From a virus, in the IMG/VR virus record IMGVR_UViG_3300025141_000021: a stretch of 64,000 bases of DNA. One strand, 5' to 3'. The translations under genes and the position numbers were made by a program. The number at the start of each line of letters is the position of its first letter. The first letter of the stretch is position 1. The notes under the pieces were generated by a model that had not been told where the DNA came from, searched no databases, and worked only from the letters and a program-made list of their open reading frames with translations. Below, in pieces: positions 36,111 to 45,100 of this stretch.

Positions 36111-39100
36111 TCGTCATCAGCCGTCCTTGAAGGTGATTTTTCTTTCAACGTACTCAGTCCTTCTCGTCTACGACGCCGTCGCCCTTCCCGTTCATTGATT
36201 GTCCCATCCTCATCCACCAAGGGTTCTCCGGATTCTGGTGCCGGGCCGCGACCAGCGGTTCGAACGGGATTTTCAATTGGTTCGAAGCTTATTTCGGCAT
36301 CTATCTTAATTAGCTCAACTAACGAGAAATAATCATAGGGCCAGTTAAAACTGTAGTTTGGTACCACATCTCTTTGAGAAGCTGCATCGGCACCTTCGCC
36401 AAGCCGGAAATTAAACTTAAATCGTGAGTCATCTCGCGTATCTGCTGTCTTCGCAAAGTAGTTCTTCTTCGCCTTCTGTTTAACTTTGAAAACCATCCAC
36501 TGTAATCTACAGGGCACTCCAGTTTCTCCAAAGAATTCTCTTTCAAATAGTGGGTGATCAACTACTGCTTCAGCAGCTTGATCGGAAGTTCCTCGATCTT
36601 CAAAATCTTTGCCAATGTCTGGTGGCAGATTTTGCCATATATCAGCTAGGTCTTGTTTCGATAATGTATGTTCGAACTCAAAAATGTACATTGCAAATGG
36701 CGGAATTCTTCTATTTGTTAAGAAATCTAAACGTGGAGGAAATACATAACGCTGCATCTTCTCAAGCATGTCTTTGGTAGATTTGCTTATTGTCTCTCCC
36801 GCGGGGAGTGGTTCCTCTCCAAGTGCTATTTTAAGATTTTTTCTCTTAATGGTAAAGAAGTTACGCCTTCTGCCCTCTTCTATAAACGGAATTGCGACAA
36901 CGGCTTCGCGAATGATCTTTTCATCTGCGATCTGGCCAATCCTTTGTGGCTCATCGGGGAAACCAACAAGATCCACTAGTGAACCAGAGGCGCCACCATG
37001 CTTAACATCTTTAAGCTGCATCCATATTCCTTCACTGCCGGTACAAAGTTGTCCATATTGGTGCCACATTCCTCTAGAGGCTGTAAGTGCCGAGTTCTCA
37101 TTTGGATCAAAGCCCATAGTTTGGTCGACATTAGCAAAGTTTAATACTGGAGTTTCATATTTGCTTTGAATAACCCAAGCCTCAATTGGTGTTGAGGGAT
37201 CATCCGAAACTGTTGCGGGTCGGCCAGTCAATGCTTCAAACTGGGTCGCATTAATCTTGGCCTTTTCAAAGAAATTAATTGAAGCGGTCAATTTCATTCT
37301 CTGATCCCAGAAGCCAGTTTGGCTCTTTATATCTACAACTCGCTCCTGTACCGTAATCGACGAGCTAGCTAAAATCTCAGAAATTGAATATCTCTTACTT
37401 TCATCTGGGGAGAAATCAATCTGTGTCCAAGTTTGCACTTTTCCTTGGGCGCCTAGGCCACCGGCGCTGATTTCGGCGCCAGAGCCAGTTGCGTGGAACC
37501 ATGGAGGGCTAAATGGAGAATATGTAATTCCCTGAGTGCCGGGGCCGGCATTGGCTATGCCCGGGGCATCGGTACCGCACGGTGGGCCAAATGCAGATTC
37601 CCTATCATACATAACAGTGTCCTTGTTTCTAGACATGTATAATCTCATTGAATACGTTGTTCCGCCTATCGCCTCTACAAGATCGCTACTTGGCCTTGAA
37701 ACAAAGGTAGTAGCTCGGCCGTCTTTAAGGAAAAAGTCCATGGATTCTGCTAGGAAATTATGCATCGCCATACTATAAAGAGGCTTCGGAGCTAAGTTAC
37801 CGACACCTACGTGGTTTTTATCAGGTCGATGGTCTACAATCTTGCCGGCACCATAACCGAGTTTCACAATCGGAGTCAGCCGTCCCAAAGTTGAACTTGG
37901 GTGTGGCTCAACATCACATATGAAAGGTGCTGCTAGATATCTTTCGGGCGCTAATATAGCTTCAAATGGTAGCCGCTGATCAAACCCTACAGTAGCTATC
38001 ATCCCAGTCCCAATACCAGAATGTTTTAACAATCTAGCCTCATTGCCGTCGCCGCCGACAGAATATTCGGCCATGGATCCGGAGAAAATTATTGTCTCCA
38101 GCGCCTCTTCTCCAAGGGCTCCAGAGGCTTTCGTAGCAATTGGATAATCGACTGCAATCCCGGATTTAATTGTATTATATAAAATACCAGGAGCAATAAA
38201 TGGAGCGTAGAACGTTCTCGGATGGCCGGCCGAAGGGGCGGTAGCTCTAGAGGCTGTTGTGACCAATTGGTGTCCATATGATTTTGAAAGAAGCGTTGCT
38301 AACTGCATAGTTCTAAGCGCTGGATAAAATCCGTCATATGGAAGGAACTTGAGAAGGGCTTTGCATTCAAGCGCAATGCCTGATGGGGCATGTGTATTTT
38401 TGTGCTGTTCCCCAATATCTCCGAAATGCTCCAGGAAATCAGTATGACTGTATACCTTATAAAATTCCGATTCCAAACTGCTTGACAATTGAGATCCGGT
38501 AAGAGTAAGCATGCCTTGCGGGCCGCCCAATTGAATGGATTGTATCTTTGCGCCCTTTGGAGCAGTATTCCTATTCTCAGTATCGGCCATAAAGTTGCCG
38601 CCTTGCTCCACAACGTAAAACTCCATATGCTCGCTAATTCTAAATTCCGGAACAATTGCATATGGGTGACCCTGGCCTCTTGTAAAGGCTCGCATTTCTT
38701 CAGCATATTCTGCATAGTCTTTAGCCCAGAATGGATATTTTTTGGCTTGGTCACCAGCTTCCCAAAGTGCGTCACCAACAAACACATCCGGATTTGCTAG
38801 CGTGCCACTGGGAACTCTTCTTGCGTAAACTGGTCCCACGGCAAACTTCTTGTGCCCGGGCAATGAGGCTGAATGAGAACCAGATGACATATAGAATGTG
38901 TAATTATTCTGTAGTTCTCCTGCGCCATCTTGGCTGTGACTAAGTTCGTTAAAATAACTCTTACCGGTACGGCCCTGTGCAGGGTTGCTCTCTATCCCCC
39001 CGGCATAACTCGAACCTCTGGTTGATCCACCAGCATTGCCAACTGTATCATGCGATCCACTGCGCCACGAAGTAGCTGCCACTGTTTTTGAAACAATGCC

Positions 39101-42100
39101 GCCCCAGAGATGACTACTTGTGTTGAAATTAATTCGGGCATCGAGTGGCCATATACTCTGAGTTAAGTGAGTATAACCCATAGAGTTCGTGTGATAGATT
39201 CGCGATCTACTGGGTGTCCTTAGATTGGCTTGGCCTCTTTTATCGATATTAATCTCACTTCGATCCTGAGACCCGGTCCAATTTAGGCCTGCTCCCCCGC
39301 CTCTTTCATTGTGCCAATAGCTTACATCAAATGTTAATCTTCCTCGCGATCTAGCTTTATGTGCACTAATTTGTCGAGGGAATATTGTTTCACTATAAAG
39401 TATACCATTTACAGTAGCTCTTCCGGTATTGCTTAACTCGACCAATTCGTGCAACGATTGTTTGGATCCACAATCGGATATTCCCAGTCTGTTGTTTAAA
39501 TCGATATTGTCAAATTTAACTAAGTTGTTTGCATAAGTGTGTTTAAGGGCAAAAGAGTTTCCGCCATTGGTAATTACATGAATAAGCGGTTTAAATTTGG
39601 AAACCACCACCGATTCGCTATAATGTGCTACACCGGGACGGAGTTTCTTCGTGTGCACATTGTTGCGGTTTACAATAACAACTGGTGTTTCCATAACGCC
39701 AATAACGTTATTTCTTCTCTGCCATCGCGCAACAGGATGCTCGCCAGTTCTTATTTGCTTCCAACTAGGATATTGATATGGGCCATTCCGATGTATTAAC
39801 ACACTATTGAGAAGATCTTCTTCTCGTATGATTGGTTTATTATTTTGCCCCAATCGCCATGTCGGGCTTCTCATATTTAAAGTACCGCTGTGAGATACAG
39901 CCAAAGAAGAGAGAGGGCGAATTTTCTGCCGTTCAAAAGAACTTGTATTTTCGTAATACGTTAAAGAAGCGCCCGGGGTTCCATGAGCCAATGGGTACCC
40001 AAGAGTTGCCGCTGAGCCAGAAATAGGCTCATAAATAATTGTATTCAAGCCAACCGAATCATTGAATATATCTTTCTGGTTTAGATCGGCACGGCCAATT
40101 TTCCCAAACTTTTCTCGGGCAACCAGCATGCTGCCAGAAAAATTGACTTGTCTAAGGTTTCCGCCATGGAAGCCCTCTTGAATACCACCTCCAGAGCCAG
40201 AAACAGTTGCATCAGATCGAAGGGCCCCATTGGGTACAGCGTGGTGTCCATTACCTGACATGTCATAAAATATATTGCCGGGACTACCAGAAACAGGATG
40301 AACATCCCAAGAACCCGCACCAGAGCCATCGGTGGAATCTCTATTTGACGGATTATTAATGTCATACCCATCACCTAGGGGCCACCAAGCTACCAAATTA
40401 TCAGCTGCGGAATGCTTTGTATAATCAAATGGAGATCCGTCATTATATAATTCTGATACTTCGTCAGCTGAAAGCGCTTTATTAAAAATAACGAAATTGG
40501 AAACACTCCCAGACATGTTCAACTCTCCATATTCGGCCTCACCGCCGGCGTCGTTCTCAGCCGATCCAGCTCTACGACTGCCGGTCAGATTTCCAATAAA
40601 GCAGCCTTGGCCATGGTCGCTCATTGTAATTCCCGTACCGTGGTGAGCCACAAAGTTCTGGGTACCTTCCATTGTTGGGCTAACTGCAGCGCTATCCTTG
40701 TAGTAAGCTTGCACCGCAGGGTCGGATCCATATCCACGATTTTCATTGACAGTAATCAAGAAGTGTGTCCAATGGCCGGCCTCTAGGCCGGTTCCCTCCT
40801 TGAACTGCGACCACTTACTGTCGCCGACGGCGAAGTTCATACTTTGTGGAAAACGATTCGAGCCTTCAGCTTGGTAACTGCCAGACCCCTGTTCTCGATA
40901 ATATATCGAAAAATCGTGAGCCGAATTGGTCATGAGTTTATAGTTTCTACCAAGAACCCATAATACTGCGTTATCTCTACCTTTGTTTCCTCCGTAACGA
41001 TGCAAATAATAATTTTCTGTAAGATAGTAATAGCCGCCAATTGTAAACGAACCAGTTCCGCCGGCAATTAAATTATTCCATTTCGCAGCTGTTCCAAGAA
41101 AAATTGCTCCAGTCAAAGCGTGAGCCCATGTTCCATCTGCTCCGGCAATTCGCACATCAACATTTTCATTCGCAGTGTTGCCAGAATTAAAAGTCACACA
41201 TCTGCTGCTAAAATTTGTCCCAACTGTCACAGCAGAAGCACTTTGGAATGTAATATCTGAAGATGACGTTGCATATCCAAGAGTTGCTTCTTCAGCAGAG
41301 GCAGTAATCCAAGCGTACTGTAGATCGCTTTGTGGAATTGGGCGCTGCACAAACCAATTATCATATACTGTGCCGGTTGTTACCGTATTGGTGTCATCTT
41401 GCCACTCATCTCGGTAGCTTGCAGTGCCGTTAAATTCAAGGCGCCTTCTCGTATTTCTGTGTACCTTGTGGAAAGATGGGTAAGCAACGTAGTCATACCA
41501 AAGCGTACTGCCATAAGTGGCATCAGCGCCGAACTTGTGGCTGTGGTCCGACAGGAGCGTTCTTAGACCTCTCCGCTTGCCCAGATGGTCAAACACCCTT
41601 AACGAGCCCGTCTCGCCGCTCCCAGAGCCTCTAACGGACATGTTTCGCCATGGATAAGCATTGTATGCAGAAAACTCTTCGTGAGCAGGATCTAGATAAC
41701 CCCTTGAATTTATTTTATATCCGCCAGGAGCAGAGAAACGCTCAACAATAATGGATTTATTAGAGGCTGATCCTGTTCGTTGTGGTAGTTCGTAATCTAA
41801 ATTACCACTAAGATTCTCTGTAGTGCCTCCTATAACCGGGGGCGATTTTACTGTTATTGCTGAAGCACCTGAAGTTCCGTGAAATCGACCCATTTGATCA
41901 TGAATTGCACCATTATATGTGTCTCCTGAATCATCTCCCATCTTCCACCAAGCATGGAGATTTTTAACAAATCCAAGCGCTTTTAGGTTATGTCTTCGAC
42001 CATTGTTATAGACTTCTTTAATCTCATTGGCAGAAAGGGCTTTGCTCCAGACAGCAAAATCACACATATTTCCGGGCCAGTTGTCGTCGCCGTCATAATA

Positions 42101-45100
42101 AGAGCCAATCGTACAGAGTTCACCATCGGGTATGTCGTAAACAGTGGATCCTGCGCTACCGCCGGTACCGGACTGACTTCCATCGATATAGATTTTCATA
42201 TCCCCAGCATGACCACCTTCGTAGGTTACGACTACGTGCTGCCAAGTATCAGCCACTATGGCATTCGTCGCGCTGTCCGTAGTAGAGACGCCCCCGTAGC
42301 CGCGAATGCCAAAGCGGATCGTATCGGGCCAGCCGCTCCCCCACGTTTGCAGGTAGCGCCGTTGATTACCAAAAGCAAAGAAATAGGGGTATGTATCGCC
42401 TATAGTAGTGGGGTATACCCACATCGAAATCGAAAATGCTGCTACGGAGGCGACGGCGGAGTTTCCGCTGGTGTCACCGCCGCCAATAACTGGATCCCAG
42501 GCAGAGCCGAGACCGATGTTCACAAAATCATTGCTGCCATCAAAAAGTAGTGATTTGTGGTCAGGTGTTTCAGCAGGAAGTCTCCCGCGAGTACCAAGTG
42601 CCTCTGAACTAGTGGCAAAAGTAAAGGATTGATCCCTAAAGAACGGATCGTTTATCGATCTGCCAGAGGTCTGAACAATCTCGTAGTTTCTCGTATAGTT
42701 TCCGATCTTCGTTCTTAAAGCGGTGCCCGGGCCAGAACTGGTGGCCTGTTGAATATTGCGAATGTTTACTGGCCGCTTGGCGTATTCTGGGCGTGTGTAA
42801 ATTGCGCGAGGGCGATGGACGATTAGCGGGAACGACGGCTGGCTAGTGTCATAGCGGCCATTGGCCAATTTCGGTGCATCAGGATACGGATAATCTGCAG
42901 AAACAAAGGCGATGGCGCCGCTTCTTGCGGATTGACCGGACATAGCACCACCAACTTTTTGTTCTATTGTTCCAAATAATAGAAGCCAAGCTTCTGGTCG
43001 ATTTGAAATATCATCACTACCAGTATTGATTTCAATGTGCCTATGTTGTCGGCCACCGACATATCTTTCGGTAAACGGACCTTGCATTGGTATTTCATTT
43101 TGATTGGCATATGTGTCTGAGTGCAAGTTTGTTATTTCAGTACCCGATAAAAATCCATCAACAACTGCTCTGTTGTAGCCAGTTTTCACTGATGAACTGT
43201 ACAAACTGAATGGAACAATTAACTCGCCCTTACCAGATTCATAACTTAGGCCCTCATTGTGAACATCTAAGCCCGGGAAATTTCTACTTGCGGCCGAACC
43301 AAATGCTAATCTTCTCTTTTCGTTAGGATGGATCCATAGTTCTGATTGCCTTCCAGTGTCGACATCACTAGCAAAACTAATTTGAATATTGGCCGGAATT
43401 GTGCTAGATTCACCAGAGCCCAAGCCCGTAGGCCCATGCGGTTGAACAGAGTTAATTACATAATCTCGATTCTTATTTATCGCATAATTCGTGCCGGCAT
43501 GAAGACCCGACAACTTACGAGAAATACCGCGAACACGACGTTGCGGAGCAGATCGATCCGGCTGGGCAATCATCATCGTCTTGTTTGGAGAAAGCCCAAT
43601 GACACCGGGGCCATGACTCATATCAGAATAGAATTTATGCTTAATTCCCTTTGCCAATTCGTTATTATATGATATTGAATACTCTACGCCATCTTCAGTA
43701 CGTCTGGATTTGCGCCTATTTCCTTTTCCTTCTGGCTTAGTCTCTGCACCGGTACCAACAGCCTCAAGCTTGCCAGAGCGCCTATCGATGCTAAATGTTT
43801 TGTTACGTTTAATCCTTCGAAGATTTTGTACTTGCTTGGACATAGATGAATTTTCTTGCCCCGGAGTAATCCTAACTGACGATCCAAACTCTGCTATATC
43901 CGATACCAACCTCACAAAGCCGGTAGACATGGGCTGAGCTTGAAGAGGATCAAACGGCGGAGGTTGAAATTCCCCAAAAACATATTCGACGCCGGCATTA
44001 CCAGCGGCCTTTGATTTTACGGTTGGCGGGCCGGGGAGGGGCTGGACCCATTCAACATCTTCTGCTGAAATATTTCCATATGGGGAACCATATGCTATCT
44101 CTTCTTGAACTGGCTGATGAAAATTATTCCAATCAAAGAAACTAGTGCTACCAATATCTACTGCAATCTCGCGATCAGAAGACATACCTTCCATTGTTGG
44201 GAACTTAGTTTTGTATATATTTCTCTCTAAAATGTGGCTTTCAACAACATTTCGTAGATTTTTTGCAAAATTAGCAGAGGCTGGAATCAGCTGTTCTAAC
44301 ATCTTGCTTAATGTATCGTCAACCCATTGATAATATGTTAAATATTTATCTAAATCTGGAGTATTTCCAATTCTCTCGAAAAACAATTGTCTTAACTTGG
44401 CCAGATCCTTGTATTCACCACGATATCGATTGATTGGCTCACCGACTAAATTATTAAAATCAAGAACGGATGCAAAGAAATTTAGTATTTCTTCAGATAT
44501 AGTTTGATAAAAACTCTTTTCAAATGCAAAGGAAAGATGAACTGGCCGAGAATCTCGCGTAGAGATTTCGTCATTTCTGTCTAATAGTGATATTGTATCA
44601 TTGCTGTAAAGATTTTCCGGAAGTTGAAGTCTTTGTGTATCGATATAATCGCGGTCGAGGACACCCGCAACGGCACTTTCCGGAAAGCCATAACCTTCTG
44701 CAGTGTGTTGATACTTAGCAACTGCGCCAGCCCAATTATATCTCTCTGATGCAATGGTGCTAGAACCAGAACTGTAATCAACAGCCGTAAATTTTCCTGA
44801 TGAGTCGGACCCTGTAAGCTGTTCAAAGTTCCAATGTAGCGCAAGGGTTTCCATTTCTGGAACTTGACCATATGTTCCTCCCCAACTGCTTCCTTGAATA
44901 TTATTCTCTAATAAATAAGCACTGCGATAAGGGTGATCTGTACCGAAATTGGCGGGGTCTCTAGAGTGCGCACGGATTACGTTTCCAGAGAGCGCAGTTG
45001 TCCAATATCTAATTGATGAAATTTTAGTATCAGTGTTGCTAAGCGCTGTACCGGTAAAATTAGTTCTGTGGGCGCCGGCATATATCTTTTTATTGGATCT

